Source of the DNA: Naegleria gruberi
Lineage: Eukaryota
Direction: 5' to 3' (one strand)
NCBI GenBank assembly: GCA_000004985.1
Contig: GG738867.1
Length of the DNA stretch: 64,000 nt
The notes under the pieces are model-generated. The model was given only the letters and a program-made list of their open reading frames with translations, did not search any database and was not told the origin of the DNA. A program made the position numbers and the translations under genes. Within the stretch, counting starts at the first letter, position 1, and each line of letters starts with the position of its first letter. This document shows positions 21,682 through 33,543 of the stretch, in pieces.

Positions 21682-23583
21682 TTATAATTTTAATTGTTCA
21701 ATAAGAGAGGAAAGTTCACTATCTGAATTCTCATCAACTGAGATGGTACTTTCGTAATCCTTGATGGCATCCTTCAGACAATTAATACTTCTCTCAGTGA
21801 ATTGGTCCTTCTTTTCGGTGAGTTGTTGCTTTGTTGGCTCATCTTGAATGAATGGTAATCCTTCAATGATATTCTCACTCATTCTGTGGTAAACTTCAAA
21901 AGTGAGAATGTTGAGTCTCACCTTCCATTCTTTCATTTCCTTATTCATGAATAGAGTAGCTCCCAAGTCCAAGCAACTTCTTGCCTCTTCCAAATAATCC
22001 AAACCATTGACCGTATCTGTAATTCCTTCCATTGTGTCAAAGGCAGAAAGATAGAGGTAAATTTCAGCCAAATAAATATTGACCTTTGGGAAGCTTTCTG
22101 AACCCATTTGTTTGGTCTTTTGCATGATTGAATCCTTTTCCTTCAAATCTGGTTTAATGACTTCGAGAGCTGCCTTCAAAATTGTGGCTGCCTTGGTGGC
22201 AGCTTGGTGTGCTGTTTTCAGAACAGTAGCATCAACCTTCTCCTCCAAAAGTTGCATATACAATTTAGTTTTCAAGAGGTGGGCATATCCTAGATTGATA
22301 TTAACAAGTCCCAAGTAGTGATCTTTGGTAGAGAGTTCCTTCCTATTTGGGTCCTGTTGTGTTGGAGCAGTTTTCAGTTTGCTGAATCCAGCTTCACTCT
22401 TATCAAACCACTCAATGGCTGTATCAATGGTTTTGATGTGATTGCTAATATCTGATGGAGATTCTTTTCTCTTTTCAAGTTTGAGAGTATCTCTCAAACC
22501 AATAACATATTCATTGAGAATAAACTTTGCAACTTGTGCAGAGCTCTTCCTTTCCTCAGAGTTTTGAGACTTGTTTTCCTCAATCTTTGCCAAGTATGTA
22601 TTGGCAATATTCATACATAGAGAAGCATACTTGGTTGGATCTGTATCATTTGGCTTTCTAACCTCCAATACTTTTTGGAATGCCTTAATGGCCTCGTCAT
22701 ACTTTTTCTTTTGTTTCAACAAGTGGGCAAGTTGTGAATAACAAACAGCAAAGTCATCTGGTGAATTTTGTACAGTGACAACGTTCAATGCACTCTTTAA
22801 ATAGTACATGGCAATATCTTCATTATTGGATCTGTAAAATTTTTCATGATTGTGAGAGTAGAGAGGTGGAAATTCCTGAGTCAGAGATTTCATATCTTTC
22901 ATAACTTGGAATGGGGAGTAGGATCTTTGCAAGTATAAACTTGCCAATTGAATTTCAATCTTTGGAGCCATCAAGATAAATCTTGAATCAGAGGCAATCT
23001 GTGGAGGAATCTTAGTCTTGTTACAATTGGTGGACTCTTTGTAATCTGAGGTTTGAATTGGAGATCGATTGGATTGGACTAAAGCTTCTAGAGCAGCAAT
23101 GGAAATTTCCTGAAAGTGATTAAAATCATACTGTTTCACTTGAGGTGCATCCGAAAGTTTATAGTCAATTTTTCTTTGCTCTTCTGGAGTCAAAATCGGA
23201 GACAAATAAGGAATAATAGCTGGCAATCTTACATTTTGTAAGAAAGTGGCAAAATTGAATAGTTGAACAGTGATTTGATATTTGGCTTGAAAGTTCATTG
23301 GTGCATTATTGGCAAATTCCTTATCAGCATCCTGAAATTTGATTTCAATATATTGTGACAAATATTTGGGAAACTCCTCGGTTTGTAACAATAGGACGGA
23401 TCCTGTCTGTGCTAAGAGTTGATAAATTTCGGAGGGATTCTGAGCATTCTTTCCCATAAAATCGAGAATGGCTGTTAAAAAACGATGAGCAACACCTTCT
23501 GCTGAGTATTGTGTTGTACCTGTTGCATTATTACTACTAGAGGTGGAGGGAGATTTATTTACGGGAGTGGTGGATGAAGACAT
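21682..23583 (-). CDS. Hypothetical 633-aa helical-repeat (TPR-like) protein
   Basis: ATG at 23583; a long uninterrupted ORF that looks helical throughout. No confident family assignment. Confidence 0.55.
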   Translation of the reverse strand: MSSSTTPVNKSPSTSSSNNATGTTQYSAEGVAHRFLTAILDFMGKNAQNPSEIYQLLAQTGSVLLLQTEEFPKYLSQYIEIKFQDADKEFANNAPMNFQAKYQITVQLFNFATFLQNVRLPAIIPYLSPILTPEEQRKIDYKLSDAPQVKQYDFNHFQEISIAALEALVQSNRSPIQTSDYKESTNCNKTKIPPQIASDSRFILMAPKIEIQLASLYLQRSYSPFQVMKDMKSLTQEFPPLYSHNHEKFYRSNNEDIAMYYLKSALNVVTVQNSPDDFAVCYSQLAHLLKQKKKYDEAIKAFQKVLEVRKPNDTDPTKYASLCMNIANTYLAKIEENKSQNSEERKSSAQVAKFILNEYVIGLRDTLKLEKRKESPSDISNHIKTIDTAIEWFDKSEAGFSKLKTAPTQQDPNRKELSTKDHYLGLVNINLGYAHLLKTKLYMQLLEEKVDATVLKTAHQAATKAATILKAALEVIKPDLKEKDSIMQKTKQMGSESFPKVNIYLAEIYLYLSAFDTMEGITDTVNGLDYLEEARSCLDLGATLFMNKEMKEWKVRLNILTFEVYHRMSENIIEGLPFIQDEPTKQQLTEKKDQFTERSINCLKDAIKDYESTISVDENSDSELSSLIEQLKL

Positions 23584-24780
23584 TTTTTTTTGATTGACTG
23601 ATGAAGTGAAGGATTGCTAATAGCTTTAGCCAGGCTGTAATATAATGATGGCTATTCTCTTTGGTATTAGGATATGGTTATCTATTCAAAAATTGTTCCT
23701 TTGTATGAGGTTGTTGATAGTTGTTGTTTGCTGGGAACATTCAGCATCATCCAGAGAGATAACAAAGTTGGTGTAACAATTTGGTTGCCAAGGTTGGAGC
23801 GTGAAACAGTAAATTGTTGAAAAAGTTATTAATTGATGGAACACCTTAATTGTTTATTAATAATATTTACAAGGCAATTGATGCTTTCTTCCAAAAAGGA
23901 AGCAACAATTAACAAACAATTCCTAATATTAAGTTGGTTTGTTTAAATTGTTCATTTTTATATTCTAACCATGACTTTATTGGAATCTGATGAGTTCATT
24001 CACCACTGATTAGTTTTAATATTTTTGTGTTGATGAAATAACACAGAACAAATCTAATTAGTGTGAGTTTCAAGTCCTGTCCTCAAACTATTCCTCATAA
24101 TAGACAATAAAATCATCTACTTGAAGCACAGTGATAACAAATGGGCGAAACGATTTGAGCAACTTGAATAATAAAAATCCGATTAGTACATATATTAATA
24201 ATATTTTTGTTTTTAATTTCCCATGAGATGTTTATCATCATGAATATACTAGATTTGATAGAATTAGCAAAGTGATATTCCACACAAAATAGATAATTTA
24301 GTTCTTAGCGGAGAAAGAGCTGAAGAGCTTGGCTCTAACTGGTGGACAAATGAAAGCATATGAAACCATGAGACCGCCACCAATGACACCACATCTGACC
24401 AAAGCACCAAAGAAAGAAGCTTGGAGAGTTCTCTTACCAACACCTGTTAATGTTATATATTGTTATGATTCATCAAGACAGTCCACAAAAACCGCAAGGA
24501 ATTTAATAAATTTCCAATTATTAAATTCCAACATTAGGAATTATGATGATGAAGTTATGATTATTAAAACATTAATATAGAGCATTGATGATGGAGCAGA
24601 AGAAAAATTATGATGAGCAAACGCGCGAAGAGAAAAACCTACCTGCACGAAGACCGGACATTTTTTGAAATTTTTTTGTTGTTTGTGTCTGCTTTGTAAA
24701 GCTTTTAATAGAGCCTTCCTTGTGGAGAATTAAATAATAAGAATATTAAAATATTATTAAATAGTAAAACATAATCGGAT

Positions 24781-25366
24781 TCATTTATTCTTTAAATTCT
24801 TTGAACGAATATCAATATCTAAAATCATCAGCTCTAGCAAGGTGTCGTTTGATTTAATCAAGGTTGAACTCTCCAAGTTATTATTACCCTTCGATGGAGT
24901 ACTGGAAGAAGGGGTGACAATATCATTGAATTGAGGCTCATTAGATGTTATCTTCTTTTGATAATAGTCATCAATTGTTTGTGATGATTTGTGGATGATG
25001 CTTTTTGGTGTCAAGGCAAGGTTGAGTTGATTCTTTAAAATTCGATGTTCTTCATTGAGGCTCAATTTCTCTCCAATTAAATTCTCACATAAAGATCCTA
25101 ATAAATCGAATTGTTTTTCCAATGTGATGGTTGTTGTTTCAAGTTCCTCTCTCAATCTAAGATCATTCTCAACTATTCTTGCAAAGGCTAATTCATTGCT
25201 CAATACCTTTACAATTATGATGATGAATTAAAAAGCGAAACTTTAATCTTACCTCCTGTTGTATTTTATTAAACTCAATTGGAAATGATTTCTTTTCATC
25301 TTCCCTTCTCGAAAATACACCTTCTTCTTGCTTGATAGAATTACTAAACAGAAACTTGTGCGCCAT
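24781..25366 (-). CDS. Hypothetical coiled-coil protein, 2 exons (25366-25253, 25206-24781)
   Basis: ORFs 25193-25429 (TTG start) and 24781-25203 (TTG start) join in frame through a 46-nt intron (25207-25252, donor GAG|GTAAGA, acceptor TGTAAAG|). The first ATG is at 25366 (MAHKFLF…). Confidence 0.5.
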
Positions 25367-25422
25367 ATTTTTTAAATCTTGTTTTTCGTATAAAGGCTTA
25401 TTTCCCACAGATTGGATTTTGC

Positions 25423-27086
25423 CTACCAAAAATCCTTATCATTGATTCCATCTTCATCTGGTTCATCGATAAAATCATCAAGAATGGTCAATTTAGATTC
25501 TTCTTCTTGTTCTAATGGAACTTGTTGCTCTTCTACAGTGTGTTGAGCGTTTAACTCTCCAGGTGTCTTGTAAGATCTTCCTTCCACAATGACAGTGGCT
25601 GTTGTAGAATCCACGGAATGTAACTTGTTAAGAATGAGAGTAGATCCACTTGGAATTGGATTTGGATTAACGTAGGCATTGGAAATGTCTGATTTGATTT
25701 CTCCATTCTTATCCAAATTGACCTTATATTCCATTCTAAATTGAACGTATGGATCCTCTTTGATGTGTAACTTTTCCAAGTAGGAACCATATTTAAGGGT
25801 AAGGTAGTCATCAACATTGTCCGTCTTGAAAATAACACGTTTTCTGAACTTTTCTTGTAATTTCTTATATGGTGAGCAATCAATGAATACTCTAAAGGAA
25901 TGAATCATACAGTACAACTTGGTGCACAATTCCTCATCTAAATTCATTGGATGATGTGCAGAATTTTGAGTCTTTGTCTCAAAGATTGCAAGATTGAGAG
26001 CATCCAATCCTAATGCCAAACCTTCCATAATACTAGTGGCAGTATCTTTGTAAATTTCCTCACTGGATGTTACGTGAACAGGTAATTGATTATTCTTTGG
26101 AGAGCTCATAGCTGTGTAGGCAGAGATTTTAATCATTCCTTGTCTTACTTTTCTTGTTATGAGTCTGAGAGAAGAGTTGATAAAATCGGTCATTAATTCT
26201 ATAGACTCAGGATCAAGTTTGTTGGAAGATCCATAATTATCTCCAAAGCTAGAACTATCCTCAAATTCTCCCAAAAATTCATTCTTTTTGGAACATTTCA
26301 AAACTTCATCATATTCCAATATTGCTTCCACGGTTTCGTAAATCATTACACTTGCAAGCTTCCATTGTTCATGCATCATGGCAGAAGCTATTGTTAAAGG
26401 TGCAATTTTTACAAGAGTTTCAGGATCTTGTCTCTTTAAAAAGAACAGTTGAGTGTACTCTATTGGTGAATTTTCATCGTAAAGTGGAGATGTAACCAAT
26501 TTTTTCTTTTCATTTGATTTTCTCTTCCCTTCACATTGGTTATTGGTAAAGATATTTTTAACTTGTTCTGGATATTGTTTGTAATATCTTCCAAAGAATA
26601 ATATAATAGAAGAAAGAGTTTGAACATCTGTTCAATAATATATTAAAATTCAAATTTGAATTAATTAATGGTAAACTTACCAACCATTGATAAATTATTC
26701 TTGAGGGTAGCCCAAATCTTTCTAACATCTTCAAGCTTTTGTTCTTTAATGGCCATCTCCAAAGCAATTGAATAAAGTGCCACATTTGGTGTAGTGTTTC
26801 CACTTGAGCTTGCAAATTTTTCAAGTTGGGTCAAACACAACCTCATCTCCTTCATATTTTTACATTTTCGGAATTGTGATGCCAATTCTCTAATTGTTTT
26901 ATTGGCCATCACATTGTCACTACTAGCAAGTCTAGCACTTGTAGCAAAGGTGAAAATATCCTCCTGTAATATTGTCATCACTCGGTTCGATTTTGTTGTA
27001 TGATGATGAGCAACATGAGAATGTTTGGTGGCTCCGCCAAGAATTTTCGAACAACAGCTTCTTAAAGGTCCGAGTTGTTTGAACAT
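25423..27086 (-). CDS. Hypothetical protein (about 520 aa), 2 exons (27086-26681, 26627-25423)
   Basis: ATG at 27086. Exon 1 ends …AATGGTTG|GTAAGTTTACC. A 53-nt intron (26628-26680) ends …TTGAACAG|. Phase 1 joins into the frame of ORF 25423-26499, which itself starts at TTG. Confidence 0.6.
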
Positions 27087-27308
27087 TTTTTTGTATTATT
27101 AGAAAGGAGGAGTGCGAACTGTGTTGGATTGAAATCAATAACTGAAGATCAACGATAACAAGCAAGTTGCGATACTTTACAATCAATTGTTGACTGATCA
27201 AAGAAGGGATAATTGAAGATTTTGTTTGACAAGATTCTAATTAGCTGTTGGGAGAGGAAGATTTGAAAATATAGTTTTATTGAGACAAGCAGTTAGGTTA
27301 GTAGTTTA

Positions 27309-28146
27309 TTATATTGTACAGTGAAGAACTAATTGAGATGGAGGTGAATTAGTAAATTTGGTTTTCAGGCAATCAAGCAAATATCCATCACAAACAGGTA
27401 ATTTTCGATCGTAAAAAGATTCATACTTGATATCAATTGGGCGAAAGTTGCAAGCTGTTTCAATTGCTTGTTTCAATGTATTCACATTTGAAAAGTTCTC
27501 CAATGATAGGTAACAAGTTTTAATTTCTGTGAATTCTCCAATTTTAATTCTTACCAGCTTCCCTTTGGATTGAGTTAGTGTCTGAACCATACTTGGTTGT
27601 GAAATCTGTGCACTCTTTGAATAAAGCACACTGTCAACAATTGACAGTTGTGGAGAAATATCATCATCGTTGTTACCACGACCATTACTGGAGTCTTCTT
27701 CACTACTGATTGAAATATCATCTTTTACTTCTACCCTTTCAATAGCAATCTTTTCAAATTGTTTTATAATGGGATCATAAAAGGTCTTTTGCAATTCATC
27801 CTTGTATACATCTGCATTCGCACAAGCTTGAGGCGATATATTCCTGGTAAAGTTATTCACCTGATTGATAATTATTGCATCTAGTTTTGCTCTATCCTTT
27901 GGATCAAATTTAAAACTATCAAAGAGAATACGATTAAAGTATCCATTCATTGGAGTTTTAAAGTTACCAGTCTTTGCACACAATTCTTGAAGGTGATTAC
28001 ATTTGATTTTCTTCTTGAAGCACGCTGGACAATTCTTGGAACCTTTAGATCGAAATGAATTCATGCTGCTATTGCTACTTTTAATGGTTTTCCTTGGAGG
28101 CTTGTTCAGAGGAGTTGTGTGTTGTTTTATTGATTGGATGGTCATT
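27309..28146 (-). CDS. Hypothetical protein with a small Cys cluster (CPACFKKKIKCNHLQELC)
   Basis: The ORF-track start is TTG. The first ATG at 28146 gives MTIQSIKQ…. No domain confidently recognised. Confidence 0.45.
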
Positions 28147-28430
28147 GTTGTTTTTTGTTGCGTTATTTTTTTGAAACTAAAATATTTGTTGCACGCCAAG
28201 CAAAATTGTCAAATGGTGTGTTTACAGAATAAAAAATACGGATAAAAATAGAACAAAATATTTTTTCCAACAATGTTCCGATTTGCTGGTTGTTACATGA
28301 ATTCAGTTCATCATTTAGTTTGAAAGTGTTAGCTTTACTTTATTATAAACAATAAAGTTTTGTGCAGAAGAAAAATCTTGGACACATCAGGATTTTTGTT
28401 TATTTAAGTAATATTTTTTCATCACCTGTA

Positions 28431-28503
28431 GCCCGTCCAGCTCAGTCGGTAGAGCGCAAGGCTCTTAACCTTGTGGTCGTGGGTTCGACCCCCACGGTGG
28501 GCG
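28431..28503 (+). tRNA. tRNA-Lys (anticodon CTT)
   Basis: GCCCGTCCAGCTCAGTCGGTAGAGCGCAAGGCTCTTAACCTTGTGGTCGTGGGTTCGACCCCCACGGTGGGCG. The cloverleaf has a 7-bp acceptor stem. The anticodon loop CTCTTAA, the box A/B-like D and T arms, and near-identity to metazoan Lys-CTT support the call. A T-rich terminator follows. Confidence 0.9.
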
Positions 28504-28984
28504 AATGCCTTTTGCTAATTGTTCTCTTTTATTTTGATTTCAACAAGAATAAAATTAACTAAAAAATATTTGAAACTCCAGATTTCACTCTCTGTTAGCT
28601 CATTTCATTGTTCTTTTGATAATTTTTTTTTAGTTGGAACTTGTGAGACAGAGAAGTTGTTTTCCACCTTTCTTTATTGACCCACTATAACCTATTGCTT
28701 TCAATAAATGAAAGGAAAGTTATCTTAATTTGAATTACTAAACTGCTATTTAGAAAAATATATTATTTGAAAGTTACTAGTTTCCAGGTAGAGTAACAGA
28801 GTCACATCAATTTACAACATGCTGCCTTTCATGTTAGCTTGTCTCATTTTAGTAATTTAGAGTTTGTTAAAATGTCAGTTGACGTAACAGGAGAGTAGCA
28901 CCCATAGAAAACATTCAATGATTTGTGATACCACCGAAATTCACTTCTTTATTAACAAGTGCATTCTGTATTGTTAAAAAAAAC

Positions 28985-31174
28985 ATGTCGAAAGGTTTCG
29001 TACAACTCGTTGCATGTTTGTTTGCCTTGTTGATGGTGATAACCGCAACTATAGCAACAACAGTCAACATTCAAGATTATCTTCCAAACTCTGAGAAATC
29101 TCTCATTGAGCAAGGAACCAGTTCCCTTGATTGCAGCTCTATCATTTCGTCCATTGTTTCCAATACTACTAATGGAGGTTCGGTAAATGTATTCTTTCCA
29201 AAAGGTGTCTACAGTATCAAATCATCTATTACTCTCTCACTAGCCACATCCTCTCTCACCAATGAATACGAAATCACATTCACAGGTGAAGCATTTCACA
29301 GCTCTGTACTAAACTTGAAAGGAGCAAGTGGAAGAATCACATTCCAAAATTCAGATTCTAACAAGAGTTTGAGAGTTAGATTGGCCTTCTTGAGTTTCAT
29401 CAATGATGGAGACTCTACTGGAAGTCCAATGGTTGACTTGAAATCGGTCGACTCATCAGATTTTAACAGTGTTTACATTAAGAATAATAATCCAAATAAG
29501 GTGATTTCTAATTTACGTATCATGAATGGTAATTTGGTTAAATCAAATGGTCATTACAAGTTGCTTGTGTTGAATGGTGCAACTGGACATAATCTTGTAT
29601 TCGATACTGCCAGCTCAGTTGTCAGTACTCATGTCTACTCATGCGACACTTGTTTATTGACATTGGCCACTGCTCTCGATAGTCAATCCACGAATCTACT
29701 CTTCGACAATCAAAGTTCTCTCAACAAGGATTCGAATATTTTGTGGTCTCTTCCAAATTCTCATCTTTCGTACTATCCAGGTGATAATGACTATTCGAAA
29801 TATACCTATGGAATCAGATATGGTGGAATGTCCAAACAATCAAGCATTAATCTCATTATGAATGGAGGTGGATTTGAAAATCAACGTGTCATGATTCAAC
29901 CTTCGTCCAATTCGAATGACCTTTCGTCTGCTGATTTCTATTCTGCTTTATTTATGGGAAATTTGCACGGTAGCTCAGTGATGCGAGCATCCAATGACAG
30001 AAATGGAAGAATGGGATTTTATTCATGTAGATTCGTTAATTTAGTTTATGGAGTTTCGTCTAATCCATCACTTCCAAATTCAAAGACCTTAATGGGTTCT
30101 TCTATCTTTTACAATATCGAACAAGAAAAGATGACATTCGATTCAATGACAAATGTCATGGGAACAACCATTGGACTCACTCTCAAATACAATACAATAG
30201 CACAAGTTAGTGCTGGAGCTTCTTCCATTGACATTACCTATGAGAGTCAATTCGACAAGATTCCAACATTCTTCTCAATAACACCAACTTGGGATACCAT
30301 CTATTACATTTCAAAAGTTTCCACTGCTGGGTTGACTATTCAGTTTTCTTCAGCTCCTAGTGCATCCTCTTATTTATATGTTGATGTGAGTGCTCAGAGA
30401 ACTGCATCATGTTCAAAAGGATTTTCTGGTGCCAATTGTTCCATTCCAGTTTGTAATGGAATTGCAGCAGATGTCAGTGGTGTTTGTAATGGAAATGGCC
30501 AATGTTTGGCACCTGACACTTGTTCATGCAATGGAAATTCCTGGACTGCTTCTAGTTATTGTAAAGATGCCATCTGTGGTGGATTGAGTGGTGCAAGTGC
30601 ATGTGGTGGTTCAAATCGTGGCTCTTGCTCATCACCAAATACTTGCACATGCATCAACAAGTATTATGGAAATTCGTGTGAAAAATTTGATTGTTTTGGA
30701 GTTTTGTATTCCAGTTCAAAGGTTTGCTCATCGAATGGAACTTGTGTTTCACCTGATAAATGTTCATGTATGAATGGATGGTTGGGTGTTAATTGTAATG
30801 AGACTGTTTCGAATAATTCCAATGGTACAATTAATGGAACTATTGTGAATAATTCAACTAATAGTGGAAACGAAACTTTTGTTTGTCCAGCTGGATATGG
30901 AGGAGTGAATTGTTCAGCACCAATTTGTTTCGGTTATTTGGCAAATGATACGAAAGTTTGTAATAATGGAAAGGGAATTTGTCAATCTCCTAATAATTGT
31001 CTTTGTTTGGCTGGATGGAGTGGAGTCAATTGTGCCACAATGTCAGTAAGTGCCTCCAGCTCTTCAACCACCACAACACCAAAAACATCTACAAGATTGA
31101 ATGATTCGAATAGAATGATAACTGGATGGTTGATTGTTTTATTAGGTCTTTTTGCATTATTTTCTTCTATTTAA
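28985..31174 (+). CDS. Type-I membrane surface protein with a signal peptide, a beta-rich Ser/Thr/Asn-rich ectodomain, about 7 EGF-like Cys repeats and a C-terminal TM anchor
   Basis: True ATG at 28985 (MSKGFVQLVACLFALLMVITA; the track start 28925 is GTG). Repeats follow the pattern C.C..G..G..C (CSCNGNSWTAS.YC, CTCINKYYGNSC, CSCMNGWLGVNC, CLCLAGWSGVNC). The terminal ITGWLIVLLGLFALFSSI is hydrophobic. Confidence 0.65.
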   Translation: MSKGFVQLVACLFALLMVITATIATTVNIQDYLPNSEKSLIEQGTSSLDCSSIISSIVSNTTNGGSVNVFFPKGVYSIKSSITLSLATSSLTNEYEITFTGEAFHSSVLNLKGASGRITFQNSDSNKSLRVRLAFLSFINDGDSTGSPMVDLKSVDSSDFNSVYIKNNNPNKVISNLRIMNGNLVKSNGHYKLLVLNGATGHNLVFDTASSVVSTHVYSCDTCLLTLATALDSQSTNLLFDNQSSLNKDSNILWSLPNSHLSYYPGDNDYSKYTYGIRYGGMSKQSSINLIMNGGGFENQRVMIQPSSNSNDLSSADFYSALFMGNLHGSSVMRASNDRNGRMGFYSCRFVNLVYGVSSNPSLPNSKTLMGSSIFYNIEQEKMTFDSMTNVMGTTIGLTLKYNTIAQVSAGASSIDITYESQFDKIPTFFSITPTWDTIYYISKVSTAGLTIQFSSAPSASSYLYVDVSAQRTASCSKGFSGANCSIPVCNGIAADVSGVCNGNGQCLAPDTCSCNGNSWTASSYCKDAICGGLSGASACGGSNRGSCSSPNTCTCINKYYGNSCEKFDCFGVLYSSSKVCSSNGTCVSPDKCSCMNGWLGVNCNETVSNNSNGTINGTIVNNSTNSGNETFVCPAGYGGVNCSAPICFGYLANDTKVCNNGKGICQSPNNCLCLAGWSGVNCATMSVSASSSSTTTTPKTSTRLNDSNRMITGWLIVLLGLFALFSSI

Positions 31175-31578
31175 TAAATTGAATTTTTCACTTTCCAATA
31201 TCAAAGTAAACCTTAAACTGAAAGCAATTAAGATCAGCCAACATTAAATCTCTACAGTTTATTTTATACAACTCACTACAGTAGTTGTGAACTCATCAAG
31301 AGTCTTTGTAAACGTTGTAATTGTTAAATAGGAATGTAAAATTGTACCAACTACATTCCTATTTAACAATTACAAATGGCAAATTAGCAATTTATCATTA
31401 TAAGGCAATCGATTGTGCGTAAGAATGACTACCAATTTGAAACAAACTCGGTGATTCGAAGTAACATTCTGTCTTTTCACGCTCAATACATGTCACAAAT
31501 CAACATTACAACAAGTGCTAGTCATCCTTTAAAATCAACTCATTCTTATTACTTTAACACTGTTTACAAATAAAAAAA

Positions 31579-33470
31579 ATGTCGAGAGAAACAACTAGAT
31601 CATTCCTTGTTACCACTCTCTTATTGCTCTCATTGGTTGCCTTGTGCAGAGCTGGTTCTTACACAAACACCAGAACACTTATTGAAAATTTTGAAGGAAC
31701 CACAAGTCAAATATCATTCTACAATGGTGCTGAGTTCCCAGGTGCAACTGGATCTATCGTTATTACCACTGCAGGATATAGTGGTAAAGCACTCAATATG
31801 ACATTCAACTTGTCAGGTGGTAATTATGTCGCTGCCAATATTCCAATTCCTTCAACTTTGACAGCTACTTATAATGCAATTGCATTCAAAACTAAATCTT
31901 GTAATACTAACAATTGGTTAACTTTCCGTGTCTTTGACTCCACTGGACAAGTTTTCCAATTCCAATCATTGAATAGACCTTTTGAAAATTATCATAGTTT
32001 GAATTGGTACGAACAAATTGTCATGTTGAATACTAGTCTTGCTTCTGGAAGCTGGGGTGGAGCTGATGATGGTGTCATGCATTATCCATTATCATCTATC
32101 CAAATCTTGACAAGTGTCTATGAGAATTCACCTGCTTCCATTGCTAATGGATGTGTTCTGGTCGATGATATTTATGCATTGAATTTTAATGGTGTTAATT
32201 TGGATACATCCAAGTTTGTTTGGACTCCATTCAAGAATGCCAATGGAACTAATGGTATTGACATGTTGTCAAGAATGGGAGTTGCTCTCCATTACACAAC
32301 TAATACTGCCATTCTTGATGCTGTTAAGAATGCTGGTTTCCAATGGATCAGATGTGATTTTTCTGGGGTTGGGTTGAACAAGTTAAGGGTGTTTACGACT
32401 TTACAGTTTACGATAATTTCCTTACTCTTCTCCAAGCTCGTGGTTTGAAAGTTTTGTGGATTCTGACCTATTCCAATGATTTGTACAGTCCAGGAACTGC
32501 TCCATTGACTGCAACTGCCATTTCTGCCTATGCCAACTATTCCAGAGCTGCTGCCAAGAGATATGCTAGAAAGGGTGTCATGTACGAAGTTTACAATGAG
32601 GCTGATATTCAAGGAATTCCAACTGGTACTCAATATGCTAATTTGGCCAAAGCAACCATTTCTGCAATCTATGAAGGTGATCCATCTGCTCTTATTTCCA
32701 CAACTGGATTGGGTGGATTCAATTATGCCTATTTGAGAGAGTACATGCAACAAGGAGGATCAAAAGGATATAATTTCATTGGTTTGCATCCGTATGGACC
32801 TGGAAAGGCATATGGCTATGGACCATTGTGTGATCAAATGAGAAAATTCCGTTCAGTTATTAATGAATTTACATCCCTTTCAACATTTGGTGTCCATTCC
32901 AATTATGGAAGTGTAGTTACAACCTATCCACCAGTCTTGGACACAGAATGGGGATTAAGCTCCACCGATTACAATGGAAATGGTTTGGATGCAACTGCCT
33001 TAAGATTACATGCCTCACTCGTAGCCAACAGAATGTTAGCTGGTTTAGCCATGGGCTTCCCACTATCTGTCTATTACGATATGGTCAATGATGGAACTGA
33101 CGCCACCGAAAGAGAATACAACTTTGGTTTGTTATATGCTGATTTAACTGAGAAACCAGCAATGAAAGCAGTCAAACAATTATTCAACATTGCCAGAAGT
33201 AGAATGTTTGATGGTTATGTTAAGGTTGTGGATTCTCCATCACTTGTGGCCATGAGATTTATGGGACAAAGTGATTATATTGTTGTGATATGGGCAGGTG
33301 ATTTGAATACCTATACTAATGTTTATCTGCCAGGTGTTGTTTCAGTTGTGAACATTTTTGGAAATGCTGTAACTTTGAGTGGTGGAAATTTAAAGATTGG
33401 TGCTGTTGATGGTCCTTATTATGCAACTTATAAGAAGGATTCTGCTACTTTGGCCTCTCAATTCCAATAA
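31579..33470 (+). CDS. Secreted CBM-like domain plus clan GH-A (GH5-like) glycoside hydrolase, interrupted by a 1-nt frameshift near 32364-32375
   Basis: Signal peptide MSRETTRSFLVTTLLLLSLVALCRA. ORFs 31579-32448 and 32445-33470 are the same gene. After …GFQWIRCDFS the frame shifts within CTGGGGTTGGGTTG to give WVEQVKGVYDFTVYDNFLTLLQARGLKVLWIL…. The catalytic-type VMYEVYNEAD (NEx) motif is downstream. Confidence 0.6.
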
Positions 33471-33530
33471 AATGTGATTATTTCAATGATTTTGTTTCTA
33501 GCCGAATCTTTGCGAAAGTAACGGAAACAA

Positions 33531-33543
33531 CTGGCGCCAAAAT
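33531..33543. promoter_or_regulatory. E2F-like element CTGGCGCCAAAAT
   Basis: Same variant as at 588-602; it lies in the intergenic region upstream of the kinase gene. Confidence 0.25.

Noticed and set aside
24590-24660. Box C/D snoRNA-like TGATGA motifs (attgatgatgg…atgatgagc) in the empty intergenic region
   Set aside because: No convincing box D (CTGA) or terminal stem. TGATGA is common in AT-rich DNA.
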